A stretch of 64,000 bases of DNA from Candidatus Bathyarchaeota archaeon (GCA_963807605.1 CAWECG010000004.1:544001-608000), one strand, 5' to 3'; counted from the stretch's first letter, positions 19,460 to 30,570 are shown. The notes: generated by a model not told the origin, from the letters alone. Program-made: numbers and translations.

Positions 19460-20803
19460 GTGAACTTACCCACCCCTAAAGGGTGTGGGCTTCTCCCCTT
19501 GCGGATAGAGAAGTTCCTGCTTCAGCGACGAAACATGCCCACCAATGGTGGGTAGAGGCTTCATCTCCACAGGCGTGTATTCGGATGGTTCCCCCCCTAT
19601 TTTTTCCAGTCCTAAACGCCTTATATTGAGTGATGCATTGAAGTCCCTATCAATATTTAGCCTACAATGGGGACACTTGTGTATCCTCACTGCAAGAGTC
19701 TTAGGAACCTTAGCGCCACATCCACTGCAATCCTGGCTGGTGTTCTGGGGCGGTACTTGGATTCGTAGTTTACAGGCGGTTTCAGCCTTGTACCCCACCA
19801 TCATTCCAAATCTTCCCCATGAAGCATCAGCCATATTCTTGGCATTAGGGATCCCCTGCATCAAATCCTGAATATTCAGAATCTTCCATGCAGATTACAT
19901 CGTGTTTGTCAACGTAGTATCTTGAGAGTTTGTGTAAGAAGTCATTTCTGCAATTTGTTATGTTCTCATGGATTGATGCAACCTTGACCTTCTGTTTCAT
20001 CCTGTTTCTTGATTCCTTCTTCTTTCTTGATAGCTGCCTTTGCTCTTTTTGGAGTCTCTTCAGTTTTTTGTCGATGTTATGCGGGTGAGGGGTCACTCTT
20101 CCATTAGAATCGTAGGCATAGTTTATTATGCCAACATCTATCCCAACAGTTTTGCTTCTGTCCGCTGGCTGAGTATTTATCGGATGGTCATATTCGATGG
20201 AGGTTATTGCATACCACTTGCCGTTCGCAGACCGCTTGATAATGATCTGTTTGACTTCGCCCTCAACCTTCCTATGCAGCCGTATTGGGATGTCTCCTAT
20301 CTTGCTGAGGTGGAGCAATCCCATCTGTCGTATGTGCTTTGCACCATGCTTGATTGAGAATCCAGATTGGTTGTAGATGAAGGCCTTGAACCATCCACGT
20401 CCCTTGAATCTTAGTCTCCCAACCTTCCTGCCTTTCTTCTTCATCTGTGAGAGTGCCCTGAGATTGGAGTACAGTTGGTAGAGGACGTATTGCCGTGTCT
20501 TTGAGTGTAGCTTCTCAAGCTCAGGCTTGTATCTGCATAGGGCAGGGATCATCTCTTGTAGAAGTATCCTGTTTGGCACCTTTACACTGCACCTAACTAT
20601 TCCCAAGAAGTAGTTGTAGAGCCACCGGCAAAGCTCAAGGATTGCAGACATCTCCTCCTCTTGTTCCCTTGTTGGGTAAAGCCTACAGCGCACTGAAGAC
20701 TGCATTGTACTCACCATATTTTTTGTAAACTCCGCTTATAATGCTGATACCAGTTCGCTTTCATCCCACCCCTAAAGGGTGTAGGATTTCCCGCTCACCT
20801 TTT
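19460..20803 (-). mobile_element. IS200/IS605 TnpB-only element, family C copy 2
   Basis: Same ends as copy 1 (TTAA target; TTCAC right terminus). Confidence 0.9.
19466..20717 (-). pseudogene. tnpB: TnpB family C, frameshifted
   Basis: One extra base near 19880 relative to copy 1, immediately after the RuvC-II MED codons. Confidence 0.85.
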
Positions 20804-20873
20804 TTAAGGTGTAGCTGAAGACACGCTTCGGCGGCTCAAAATCTTCGCAACACTCAATGAGATTAAGTGTGGG

Positions 20874-22694
20874 CTATTCCACTGTAACGGACTTCGCCAA
20901 GTTTCTAGGCTTGTCTGGATCACAACCCCTTTCAACAGCCATCCAATAGGCGAATAGTTGCAACGGTATGACATACACCAAAGGTGTAAGAAGACTCATA
21001 ATAGAGACTGGAATCTCAATAGTATCGTCGAGTATCTCTCTCAGCTTATCGTCGTCCCCGTCGATCACGCCGATGACCGACGCATTTCGAGCCTTCATCT
21101 CCATGATGTTTCCAATAATCTTATGATGCGTCGCGTCTTTTGGAGCGATGAAGATTATCGGGTATTGTGGCTCAACAACAGCGATGAAGCCGTGCTTGCT
21201 CTCACCCGCCGGATACGAAAGAGAAGGAATATACGTCAGCTCAAGAAGCTTCAGCCTCGACTCCAAGGCGGTGGTTACATTTATACCCCGTGCCAAGAAA
21301 CAGAAACTCAATCTATCTTTATACTTCTTCGCCAACTCACGAACCCTGGGTTCTGTCAACAGGGCCTTCTCCATTGCTGTTGGTACGTCCCGGAGGCTTC
21401 TCTTGAGCTTCGCCAATTCTTCATCGGAGAGTGTCTTCCGCTTCTCAGCTAGGACAAGGGCAAGATTTGTCAGAACTGAGACTTGAGACGTGAAGGTCTT
21501 GGTTGCGGCAACACCCACCTCAGGCCCCGAATTCTGACCTATGTAAACCTCGGAGAGCCTTGTAAGAGTCGAAGCCATAACATTCGTGATGCCGAGTATG
21601 GAGGCGCCCATCTTCTTTGCGACACGTACGGCTTCAAGTGTGTCTGCAGTCTCACCAGATTGGCTAACCGCCAAGATGACCGAATGCTCATCAACTGTAT
21701 GACCGTACTGCTCAGTAAACTCAGAAGCGATCACAGGCTGCGTGCGGAGTCCCGCCAACTTAGTGAACAGATAAGACGCCGCGAGACAGGCATGATAAGA
21801 CGTGCCGCAAGCAAGCAGAAATACTTGCTTGGCCTTGTCTAACTTGGACGCCATCAACCCATAATATATCGGCTGTATCCTTAAGACGTTCCTGATTGCT
21901 GAGGGTTGCTCATGAATCTCTTTAATCATGAAATGCCTATACCCAGCTTTTGTTGCATCTTCAGCACTCCAGGTGATCTCTAGGACTTCTCGTTCCAGCT
22001 CTTGGCCAGTCTTGAGATTAGTCAGCCTAACTCTGTCTGATTCAAGGACAGCAAGATCTTCTTCTTCTAAGACAATGGCTCTTCTAGTAAGGGGCAAGAA
22101 GGCGGAGATATCTGACGCACAATACTTAGCAGAGCTTCCGAGTCCGATTACAAGTGGGCTCTCCTTTTTGACACAGACGATTACGTCAGGTTGGGCGGTT
22201 GAGATTGCCGCAATTGCGTATGAGCCCTCTAGCCGTTTGGCGGCAAGCCTTACCGCCTCTACAAAATCTTCGCCGTCTGCCAGATACTCTTCAACAAGAT
22301 GAGGGATAACTTCAGTGTCTGTCCTCGATCTGAATACGTGGTTTCTTCCCTCAAGCTCCTTCCTCAGCTCTAGAAAATTCTCTATTATTCCATTATGTAC
22401 GACCGCAACATCGAACTTACAGCTGTAATGGGGGTGGGCATTCTCCATTGAGGGCATACCATGCGTAGCCCATCTGGTGTGGCCCACACCAACGCTTCCG
22501 TCCATCTCATCTAACTGCAGCTTCAGATTTACTTCTTCGATCGACCCACGGTCCTTCTTCGTCTCCAAACCCTTGTTCGAGACCGTGCTAATACCTACTG
22601 AGTCGTAGCCTCTGTACTCAAGACGCTTTAATGCGCTATGTATGATCGGTGCGGCTCTGTCTTCCTTCAAGACAACTCCGAAAATGCCACACAA
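20874..22694 (-). CDS. glmS: Glutamine-fructose-6-phosphate transaminase
   Basis: MCGIFG, LEYRGYDS, GHTRWATHG, SQSGETAD, PRNLAKSVTVE. Confidence 0.97.
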   Translation of the reverse strand: MCGIFGVVLKEDRAAPIIHSALKRLEYRGYDSVGISTVSNKGLETKKDRGSIEEVNLKLQLDEMDGSVGVGHTRWATHGMPSMENAHPHYSCKFDVAVVHNGIIENFLELRKELEGRNHVFRSRTDTEVIPHLVEEYLADGEDFVEAVRLAAKRLEGSYAIAAISTAQPDVIVCVKKESPLVIGLGSSAKYCASDISAFLPLTRRAIVLEEEDLAVLESDRVRLTNLKTGQELEREVLEITWSAEDATKAGYRHFMIKEIHEQPSAIRNVLRIQPIYYGLMASKLDKAKQVFLLACGTSYHACLAASYLFTKLAGLRTQPVIASEFTEQYGHTVDEHSVILAVSQSGETADTLEAVRVAKKMGASILGITNVMASTLTRLSEVYIGQNSGPEVGVAATKTFTSQVSVLTNLALVLAEKRKTLSDEELAKLKRSLRDVPTAMEKALLTEPRVRELAKKYKDRLSFCFLARGINVTTALESRLKLLELTYIPSLSYPAGESKHGFIAVVEPQYPIIFIAPKDATHHKIIGNIMEMKARNASVIGVIDGDDDKLREILDDTIEIPVSIMSLLTPLVYVIPLQLFAYWMAVERGCDPDKPRNLAKSVTVE

Positions 22695-22718
22695 TCTACC
22701 CGATCCTCCCTGATTTCA

Positions 22719-23774
22719 TCAAGATCCCCCAAGGAAACCCACACCATTTATGGGTGGGAGGAATTGGGGGGCCTCGTACCTACTGAATATTTGCTGATTG
22801 AAAAGTCGCTTGCACTCTTCTAGTTTCGCAGTCTGTGTAAAACGTTTGTTTGTCAGACTAAATCTATGCAGTGATAGGCCATCCATGAATCCTCCAACTC
22901 TAGCAAGTCTGTTCTGATACTGTACTACGTCACCTTTCCTAAATGGTGGAATACTCCATGAACCACCGTACCTTCTGCGGATGTCACCCTTGTCAGGTTC
23001 AAGCCTGTGGAGCTGACGCCTAGTGTACTCGAAGCGTTTCCATACCCAGAACTCAGGTGGGTAGGAATTTTCACAGCTTAACTCTGCACACCCAATAGCG
23101 ATAGCATCTACAGCATGGGAATCCCAAGTTAGACTGTTCTTCTTACTATTCTTTGGTAATCTAAATTTCTCTCTATACTTGGCAGTCTCAACGCCAGTAC
23201 AGAGTACAAGTTCTCCCTTCTCCTTCAAGTGTTGATAATATCTTGCTTTGCCAATCTCAACGGTGCTGAAATGTTTACCCCATCTCTTCTTGTAGTGGTT
23301 GAACCGAACATCTTCCACTACAAATCGGCTGATTGGATAGATTTTGCATAATTCGTCCGCAGCCCCAATACGGAAGTCTACTTTCGCTTTCTGGCTTGGA
23401 GCAATCCAGCCATCAGGCCTACGTCTATTATCAAAACGTTTAGCCCTTCTAGGAGTGTTCCTGTACCGTCTTGCTCTGCGCATTTCTCTACGCTGTTCAA
23501 GTTTCTTAACAATTCTTGATGGAAGCACAAGCATACCACTTGTTAAGACAACCTCTTTAGAAACTACTGCCACTCCATCCCATTTACTCCCCGGATCAAC
23601 GGCAAGGCAAATTGGTTGTATTTCAGTGCCAACTTGTCTTAGCATTTGTATGTAGAACTGCCCAAGTTTGTTCCAATGTTTCTCCGCTAATCCATCTTTG
23701 ATTAACTTTCTAGCTCTCTGAGGAGTTGTAGGCATCAATGGTTTCCCATTAACGCCCACAACAGGTATTCTCAG
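22719..23774 (-). CDS. isrB: IsrB RNA-guided nickase (PLMP + split RuvC, no HNH), ~350 aa
   Basis: GKPLMPT, AVDPG, RRxxRRxRR bridge helix, VVEDV, SHAVDA; no HNH insertion; probable start near CTG 23774 after GGAGG. Confidence 0.88.
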   Translation of the reverse strand: MRIPVVGVNGKPLMPTTPQRARKLIKDGLAEKHWNKLGQFYIQMLRQVGTEIQPICLAVDPGSKWDGVAVVSKEVVLTSGMLVLPSRIVKKLEQRREMRRARRYRNTPRRAKRFDNRRRPDGWIAPSQKAKVDFRIGAADELCKIYPISRFVVEDVRFNHYKKRWGKHFSTVEIGKARYYQHLKEKGELVLCTGVETAKYREKFRLPKNSKKNSLTWDSHAVDAIAIGCAELSCENSYPPEFWVWKRFEYTRRQLHRLEPDKGDIRRRYGGSWSIPPFRKGDVVQYQNRLARVGGFMDGLSLHRFSLTNKRFTQTAKLEECKRLFNQQIFSRYEAPQFLPPINGVGFLGGS

Positions 23775-24021
23775 AGCTGGCGATAAACACCCTCCTTTCG
23801 GAGTTTTGTGACTTTCGACGTTGCATGGAAGGCTTAGGCCGCCAATTTTGGTGACCATGCCATTGAGTGGTTCTGGCGAAGAGGGTAGAACTAGGTCTCG
23901 CATTCTACCGTTCTTGTAGCCTTTCACGCCGCTAACCCGACCATGATGGCCGGGCCATCTAGTCAAAGTTTGCATCAATACCACCATTTCAAGCCCACGG
24001 TTTTAACCGTGGGTCCTTGAC
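22720..24021. mobile_element. IS200/IS605-superfamily IsrB (OMEGA) element
   Basis: Plus strand: TCAT|CAAG...GAAA-hairpin at one end and CAAG-CCCACGGTTTTAACCGTGGG-TCCTTGAC at the other. Confidence 0.85.
23775..24021 (-). ncRNA. Putative omegaRNA scaffold of IsrB (guide would come from 24022 onward)
   Basis: ~250-nt region between the GTCAA element terminus and the CDS, the position established for IscB/IsrB omegaRNAs; structure not modelled. Confidence 0.7.
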
Positions 24022-24276
24022 TGTCTTGATTTGTTCCTTATCTTGGGGATCCGTTACGGAATATCAGGAATCGCTTCGATAGATTAATATATCTCGGACA
24101 GAAACGGAGTTTCCAATTCACATAGCAGGCGAAGAATATGGGTGTCCACTTTTTCGGTGATGGCGTTTACACAGGTTGTTACACTAGGCGTACCTGCCCA
24201 GTCGCCAACGATTCCTAACAAATGGTCTTTTAAGTGTACCAGACATCTAGAAGCAAGTAGCTTGAAGAAGACTCCT

Positions 24277-25545
24277 TTGGAAGTGCGCTCTGCCACATCA
24301 GCGGAGCAAGTCAGAACAAAAAGAATTATAATTGCAAAGTTCGGCGGCACGAGTCTAGCTGATAGCGAAAGAATAAGGAAGGCCGCAAAGTCCGTCACGA
24401 GAGAAATCACGAGAGGAGTCAAGGTTGTGGTAGTCGTTTCTGCAATGGGCAAGACCACTGATGCCCTTCTTGATATTCTGCAGAACTCTTCTGGAAAAGT
24501 AGTTGAGAAACACGATGCTGATGATATCCTCTCGATGGGCGAAAGAACAAGTGCAAGAGTATTCGCTGCCACCTTAAAGTCCGAGGGGATGCGCGTCAGA
24601 TATTTCGACCCAACCGATGAGGACTGGCCCATAATTACCGACGAGAACTTCTCCAATGCAAACCCAATCCTTACCGAGTGTGAGCAAAGAATCAGGAATC
24701 GCATATATCCGTTGTTAAGGGACGGAGTCGTCCCAGTCATAGCAGGATTTGTCGGTCGGACGATAAAGGGGGCCATAAGCACAATCGGAAGAGGCGGCAG
24801 TGATACAACAGCGTTTATTCTAGCCAGAGCCTTAAGGGCTGACGAAGTAATTCTGGTAACAGACTCGGACGGAATAATGACAGCAGACCCAAAACTGGTA
24901 CCAGATGCCAAGAGGCTTGAGAGAGTTGATGTCAATACCCTAGTTGGACTCGCAGATTCAGGTCAAAAGTTCATACATAGAAAAGCTCTCAAGTACAAAG
25001 ATCCCTTGATAGACGCCAGAGTCATCAACTTCTCAAGAGGCAGCCTTGAGGTGGAGGGAACCAAGGTCACGGGGGCAATAGCCTCCGAACTTGAGGTTGA
25101 TATAGCCACAGCCAATCCAGCATCAGCCTTCATGGTGATCGGTCAGGGACTCTCCGGAAACCCAAAGATAATCTCAGAACTAGCCGAGACGATTGAGAGG
25201 TATTCAGAGATTCTCGGCTTGTCAGCGAACTCTGACTCAATAATCCTTTATGTTTCACAGAAAGAAGGTATCGATCCGTTGTACAGTGACTTTCACAAAG
25301 TCTTGCTGAGACATCGCGAGGCTGTTTCTATGACCGTTCGTAAGAGCCTCGCCTATTTGAGGGTCAAAGGGGTCGGACTTGAGGAGACCCCGGGAGTCGT
25401 CGGCAAGATCTCAGAAGTTCTCAGAAGAAACGATATCAACATCTTCGGAATACTCACCATCACCTCCAGTATTCTGATCTTTGTAGATAATGCTGAGAAG
25501 GACAAAGCTCTCTCATTGATCAGGCAAGAATTAGGTGTGAACTAG
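24277..25545 (+). CDS. lysC: Aspartate kinase
   Basis: AKFGGTS, VVSAMG, SMGERTS, GRGGSDTTA, C-terminal ACT region; start uncertain (ORF open from 24142). Confidence 0.92.
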   Translation: MEVRSATSAEQVRTKRIIIAKFGGTSLADSERIRKAAKSVTREITRGVKVVVVVSAMGKTTDALLDILQNSSGKVVEKHDADDILSMGERTSARVFAATLKSEGMRVRYFDPTDEDWPIITDENFSNANPILTECEQRIRNRIYPLLRDGVVPVIAGFVGRTIKGAISTIGRGGSDTTAFILARALRADEVILVTDSDGIMTADPKLVPDAKRLERVDVNTLVGLADSGQKFIHRKALKYKDPLIDARVINFSRGSLEVEGTKVTGAIASELEVDIATANPASAFMVIGQGLSGNPKIISELAETIERYSEILGLSANSDSIILYVSQKEGIDPLYSDFHKVLLRHREAVSMTVRKSLAYLRVKGVGLEETPGVVGKISEVLRRNDINIFGILTITSSILIFVDNAEKDKALSLIRQELGVN

Positions 25546-25547
25546 GA

Positions 25548-26585
25548 ATGTTGAAAGTGGCCATTCTTGGAGCAACCGGCATGGTCGGTCAGAAATTCAT
25601 TGAGGTACTGCAGGGACATCCATGGTTCAGGATAGTCGCCGTCGCCGCTTCAGAGAGGAGTATCGGTATGAAGTATGGGCAGCTCGCCAAATGGAGACTT
25701 CCAATTCCTATTCCCGATGACGTTAAGGATCTTGAAGTCCTTCCCGTCGAGCCCAAACTGATAGGCGATGTAGACGTAGTGTACTCAGCCTTGCCTACTG
25801 AGGAGGCTGGCAGCGCCGAGGAGGAATTTGCCAGAGAAGGTTACATGGTCTTCAGCAACGCCTCATCTCACAGAATGGACGACGATGTTCCAATTCTCAA
25901 TCCTGAGGTCAACTGTGAGCATTCGACAATGATCGATGAGCAGAGAAGAAGGAGAGGCTGGAAGGGCGCCATCGTCACCAATCCAAACTGCACGACTGCA
26001 ATATTGACCCTCTCACTCAAACCGTTGCAGGAAGAATTCGGGATAAAGAGGATCCTAGTATCGACTATGCAGGCCATCTCTGGAGCTGGATATCCCGGCG
26101 TCGCCTCACTGGACATAGTGGACAACGTGATACCCTTCATCAAGAATGAAGAGGAGAAGGTTCAGAAAGAGACCTTGAAGATCATGGGAGAACCAAAGAG
26201 ACCTGCAGAGTTCAAGGTTTCTGCTAGCTGTCACAGAGTCAACACTATAGACGGGCACGTTGAGGCCGTATTCATCGAGACGCAGAAGGAAGCAACACCC
26301 GAAGCGGTGGCCGATGTCATGGCGAATTTCCAAGGCGAACCTCAAAGACTAGGGTTACCGACAGCGCCGAAGAATCCGATAATCGTCAGGCATGAAGAGG
26401 ATAGACCCCAACCTAGACTAGATAGAATGAGTGGGAGAGGAATGTCAGTAGTCGTCGGACGCATTATGAACGATACCGCTCTTGACGGCATCAAGTACAT
26501 AGTGCTCGGCCACAATACTGTCAGAGGAGCGGCAGGTTGCTCGATATTGAACTCGGAGTATTTCAAGACAATCGGCTACCTCTAG
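25548..26585 (+). CDS. asd: Aspartate-semialdehyde dehydrogenase
   Basis: GATGMVG, NPNCTT, QAISGAG, HNTVRGAAG. Confidence 0.96.
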   Translation: MLKVAILGATGMVGQKFIEVLQGHPWFRIVAVAASERSIGMKYGQLAKWRLPIPIPDDVKDLEVLPVEPKLIGDVDVVYSALPTEEAGSAEEEFAREGYMVFSNASSHRMDDDVPILNPEVNCEHSTMIDEQRRRRGWKGAIVTNPNCTTAILTLSLKPLQEEFGIKRILVSTMQAISGAGYPGVASLDIVDNVIPFIKNEEEKVQKETLKIMGEPKRPAEFKVSASCHRVNTIDGHVEAVFIETQKEATPEAVADVMANFQGEPQRLGLPTAPKNPIIVRHEEDRPQPRLDRMSGRGMSVVVGRIMNDTALDGIKYIVLGHNTVRGAAGCSILNSEYFKTIGYL

Positions 26586-26588
26586 GAG

Positions 26589-27389
26589 GTGATGTCCATG
26601 GATATTGGCAAGAGACGAAGAATCCAGAGAATATTCAGACAGGATAGCAGAACGGTCATCATTCCGATGGACCACGGCGTATCCGTAGGTCCGATCCAAG
26701 GACTGACAGATATGAAGAGCATCATTCAAAAACTCAACCAGGGAGGTGCGGATGCAATCCTCGTTCACAAAGGGATAGCGAAGAACGTAGAAACAGGACC
26801 AACAGGCCTGATAATACACCTCTCCGGAAGCACATCACTCGGACCAGACCCGCTATGGAAACGCCAAGTCTGCACAGTTATCGAGGCAATCAGACTGGGC
26901 GCAGACGCAGTCTCAGTTCACATAAACGTTGGGGCACCCAAGGAACACCATATGCTCAGCAAACTTGGAAGAATAGCAGACCGATGCGACGAACTCGGAA
27001 TACCACTCTTGGCTATGATGTACCCCCGGGGTCCAGCTGTAAAGAGTGAGCACGACCCCAAAGCCGTTGCCCACGCAGCCAGAGTCGGGGCAGAGCTCGG
27101 CGCAGACATTATCAAGACAAACTATACCGGAGACAGAGAGACTTTCAGAGAAATAGTTGCCAGCTGCCCAGTCCCGATAGTAATCGCAGGCGGACCCAAG
27201 ACAGAAAGCCTTGAAGATTTCCTCACGATGGTCTGCGACTCAATGAAGGCCGGTTCGGCTGGCGTATCCATTGGGAGGAACGTCTTCCAACATCACAACC
27301 CCGAACTGATGACCAAAGCACTCTCAGCCATTGTACATGAGGGCAGCGACGTTCAAACGGCAGTTAGAATGGTCAGTGAAAAAAGTTGA
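26589..27389 (+). CDS. aroA': 2-amino-3,7-dideoxy-D-threo-hept-6-ulosonate synthase (class I aldolase)
   Basis: PMDHG, MYPRG, ELGADIIKT, AGGPK, GRNVFQ; adjacent to DHQ synthase II. Confidence 0.88.
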   Translation: MMSMDIGKRRRIQRIFRQDSRTVIIPMDHGVSVGPIQGLTDMKSIIQKLNQGGADAILVHKGIAKNVETGPTGLIIHLSGSTSLGPDPLWKRQVCTVIEAIRLGADAVSVHINVGAPKEHHMLSKLGRIADRCDELGIPLLAMMYPRGPAVKSEHDPKAVAHAARVGAELGADIIKTNYTGDRETFREIVASCPVPIVIAGGPKTESLEDFLTMVCDSMKAGSAGVSIGRNVFQHHNPELMTKALSAIVHEGSDVQTAVRMVSEKS

Positions 27390-28456
27390 AACGACTATGG
27401 ATCGAGATACCTGCCGAGCTGTCGGACACGATAAGACAGAAGCTTATGACCACCGCCTCAGAAATTGCTGACGTCTTGATGGTTTCCCCAAAGGACCTAC
27501 CACTAGCCCAAACCTTCATGAAGCCGATTGCCGGCTCCTTCAACGACGCCGATATAAGAATAGTAGAGTTCAAGGAATCCGAAGGTATTCTCTCAGCAAA
27601 GACCACGTCAAGAGAAATAGCAGTCAGGGTGACCGTAGAGACCGGTCAGGACGAAGCGAAGGTTGCAGAGGTTGCTAACCTTGGAGCCAGGTACATCATT
27701 CTTAGATGCACAAACTGGAAGACTATCCCGTTGGAGAACATAATCGCAAAGTCACGAAGCAAATCGGAGATAATAGTGGAGATATCGAGTCCAGATGAAG
27801 CAAGACTCGCAATCGAAACGTTGGAGTTGGGGGCGGACGGAGTTATCTACAAAGCCTCGAACACTGATGAAATAGCCAAAGTCGGCAACACAGTAAAGAA
27901 AGTGCTATTCAAGGTTGATTTAACCGAGGCTGAGGTCGTTCGCCTTAAGCCTTTAGGCACGGGCGCTAGAGTCTGCATCGACACATGCGACCTGATGAAG
28001 ACGCGAGAAGGCGTACTTGTTGGAAGCCAGTCGTCAGGCCTCTTCCTTGTAGAGTCAGAGACCGTAGAGAACCCCCATGTTGAAACAAGACCTTTCCGGG
28101 TTAACGCCGGCCCAGTAGCATCCTATCTATTAACCAATCCCGAGAGGACTCGCTACCTTTCCGAACTCAAGAGCGGAGACGAAGTCATGATAGTTGACTC
28201 AGAAGGGAATACTAGAACAACCAACATCTGCAGAGTTAAGATAGAATGGCGACCAATGATGATGCTTGAAGCCAGAAGCGAAGGCCGCAACTTCAATGTA
28301 ATCCTCCAGAACGCCGAGACTGTTCGACTGGTCACAAAACAAGGATCACAATCGATCTCAGAAATTAAACCCGGAGACAGGATTTTGGCAAGAATCGAGA
28401 CCGGTGGAAGACACTTCGGAATCAAAGTCGAAGAGGAATCGGTGATAGAACGGTGA
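27386..28456 (+). CDS. aroB': 3-dehydroquinate synthase II
   Basis: WKTIPLENIIA, RVCIDTC, RPFRVNAG, QNAETVRL, GRHFG. Confidence 0.93.
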   Translation: MKRLWIEIPAELSDTIRQKLMTTASEIADVLMVSPKDLPLAQTFMKPIAGSFNDADIRIVEFKESEGILSAKTTSREIAVRVTVETGQDEAKVAEVANLGARYIILRCTNWKTIPLENIIAKSRSKSEIIVEISSPDEARLAIETLELGADGVIYKASNTDEIAKVGNTVKKVLFKVDLTEAEVVRLKPLGTGARVCIDTCDLMKTREGVLVGSQSSGLFLVESETVENPHVETRPFRVNAGPVASYLLTNPERTRYLSELKSGDEVMIVDSEGNTRTTNICRVKIEWRPMMMLEARSEGRNFNVILQNAETVRLVTKQGSQSISEIKPGDRILARIETGGRHFGIKVEEESVIER

Positions 28457-29136
28457 AACCCAAGATTTGTCTCTCCATCATGCCACGATCCGCGGACGAG
28501 GTTAGGACGCTTCAGAGAATGGCTGAGCATAAAGGAGCCGATTTTGTGGAGATTAGACTCGACCACTTAAGGCAACCGTTGGAACTGGAAGGGCTCAGCT
28601 TGCGGACAGAGATTCCTAGAATAGCAGCAAACAGGACAGTCAAGCAGGGCGGAAAGTTCACAGGTAGCGAAGATGAGCGATTTCAGATTCTCCTCGACGC
28701 AGCTCACTCTGGATTTGATTACATCGATCTTGAAGACTCAGCTGAAAACCTTCGCGACAGAATAGATGCGATCCGATCATCGGGAGCCAAAACCATAATC
28801 TCTAATCACAATCTAGAATCGACCCCCCCTCTACGAGAATTAAAGGAAGTTTTAAGAAAGATCTCAAAATACAGACCTGATGTCTGCAAAATTGTTACGA
28901 GCGCTAAATCCCTTCAAGACAACCTTGTCACACTAGCCTTCTTGCAAGAAGCATCCAGAGAACTCAAGCTTGTGTGTTTCGCAATGGGTGAACATGGGAA
29001 GATCTCCAGAATAGTCTGCCCGATCTTTGGATCCTTTTTTACAATTGCTTCCCTAGAGAGAGGAGCCGAGACAGCGCCAGGTCAACTAACCATTGACGAT
29101 CTCAGAGCGATATATGAAAGAATGAGCCTCAATTGA
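28453..29136 (+). CDS. aroD: Type I 3-dehydroquinate dehydratase
   Basis: EIRLD, SNHN, KIV, AMGEHGKISR, APGQ. Confidence 0.92.
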   Translation: MKPKICLSIMPRSADEVRTLQRMAEHKGADFVEIRLDHLRQPLELEGLSLRTEIPRIAANRTVKQGGKFTGSEDERFQILLDAAHSGFDYIDLEDSAENLRDRIDAIRSSGAKTIISNHNLESTPPLRELKEVLRKISKYRPDVCKIVTSAKSLQDNLVTLAFLQEASRELKLVCFAMGEHGKISRIVCPIFGSFFTIASLERGAETAPGQLTIDDLRAIYERMSLN

Positions 29137-29288
29137 TCTGCCCGAAAGACCGGGTTAGTTTCTCAGAAAACAGAGTATTGCTCAACACTGACAGAAGCTA
29201 TTTCATGCATCAATATGCTCACGGTCCACAGACCAATTACAGATACAGAAGAAACGCCATTCATTGGAGATTCAGGAGCAAACGCTAG

Positions 29289-30566
29289 ATGAAGCTGATA
29301 GTTGAGAAGACTGAAGAGATCAGCGGAGAATCAAATGTACCAAGTTCAAAATCGTACACAATTCGCGCTTTCATATTCGCTTCTCTTGCCGAAGGAAAAT
29401 CGACCCTCAAGAACGTGTTGGAGTCAGAAGACACGAATGCCGCAATAGACGCATGCTCAGCATTAGGGGCAAGGATCATTAGAAAGACTGAAGGCGAGTT
29501 TGAGATTATCGGCTTCAATGGACATCCTAACGTGAGAAAAGGTACGATTAATACACTCAATTCGGGAACAACGACGAACTTCATCGCGTCTGTCGCCACG
29601 CTGGCAAACAAGAGAATAACTATCGACGGTGACGAGTCAATAAGAAAAAGGCCTGTTGAGCCTCTGCTGTCAGCATTGAGAAATCTTGGTGCAACAGCCT
29701 TCTCCGTCAACAATAATGGTTGCCCCCCTATAGAAGTGCGGGGAAAAATGAAGGGTGGAAAAACAACGCTGGATTGTGGGAGTTCACAATACCTGTCTAG
29801 TCTTTTGATATCCTGTCCCTTATTGGATCATGACACCGAGATAGAGATCTTGAATCCCTGTGAGATGCCCTATATTGAAATGACATTAAAGTGGCTAGAT
29901 GAACTCGGCATAAGATATGATAACAGAGCTTTCAAGACGATCATTGTTCCTGGAAAACAGAGATACCCTTCGTTTAGGCGGACAATTCCTGCAGATTGGA
30001 GTTCGGCAACATTCGTACTTGTGGCAGGCGCTATGCTCGGATGCAATCTCGCCATTAAGGATCTAGATCTGAAGGATACTCAAGCAGACAGAGAGGTCGT
30101 GAACTATCTCAGGAGAATGGGCTCAGACATTGAGACGAGCGAGAGGAGGATCGTGGTCAACAGGGCACGACTGCTTGGGTGTGAACTTGACCTTAACAAC
30201 ACTCCTGACGCATTGCCCGCAATGGCGGTAATAGGATGCTACGCCGAGGGCAAGACTACTATAAAGAACGTTTCTCACGCTAGAATAAAAGAAACAGATA
30301 GAATCTCCGTGATGACCGAAGAACTCTCCAAGTTGGGTGCCCGAATCAAGGAGACTGATGACGGAATGATTATTGAGCACAGTAGGCTGAAGGGAACGAA
30401 GGTAAGTGGCCATAACGATCATCGTGTCGTCATGGCTTTGAGTCTCGCAGGGATGATTGCTGATGGAAAGACGGAGATTGATACGGCTCAAGCTATAAGC
30501 GTAACATTCCCCAGCTATGTTGAAATAATGAAGAATCTGGGCGCGAGGATGAAATTGGAGGGGTAG
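29289..30566 (+). CDS. aroA: 3-phosphoshikimate 1-carboxyvinyltransferase
   Basis: SKSYTIR, NSGTT, SSQYLS, KETDRI, DHRVVM. Confidence 0.95.
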   Translation: MKLIVEKTEEISGESNVPSSKSYTIRAFIFASLAEGKSTLKNVLESEDTNAAIDACSALGARIIRKTEGEFEIIGFNGHPNVRKGTINTLNSGTTTNFIASVATLANKRITIDGDESIRKRPVEPLLSALRNLGATAFSVNNNGCPPIEVRGKMKGGKTTLDCGSSQYLSSLLISCPLLDHDTEIEILNPCEMPYIEMTLKWLDELGIRYDNRAFKTIIVPGKQRYPSFRRTIPADWSSATFVLVAGAMLGCNLAIKDLDLKDTQADREVVNYLRRMGSDIETSERRIVVNRARLLGCELDLNNTPDALPAMAVIGCYAEGKTTIKNVSHARIKETDRISVMTEELSKLGARIKETDDGMIIEHSRLKGTKVSGHNDHRVVMALSLAGMIADGKTEIDTAQAISVTFPSYVEIMKNLGARMKLEG

Positions 30567-30570
30567 TCCA

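Noticed and set aside
23775-23987. N-terminal 70 aa of the 422-aa ORF
   Set aside because: Lies upstream of the RBS and PLMP region and overlaps the expected omegaRNA
24084-24935. 283-aa minus-strand ORF and similar antisense ORFs across the window
   Set aside because: Shadow frames of well-supported genes
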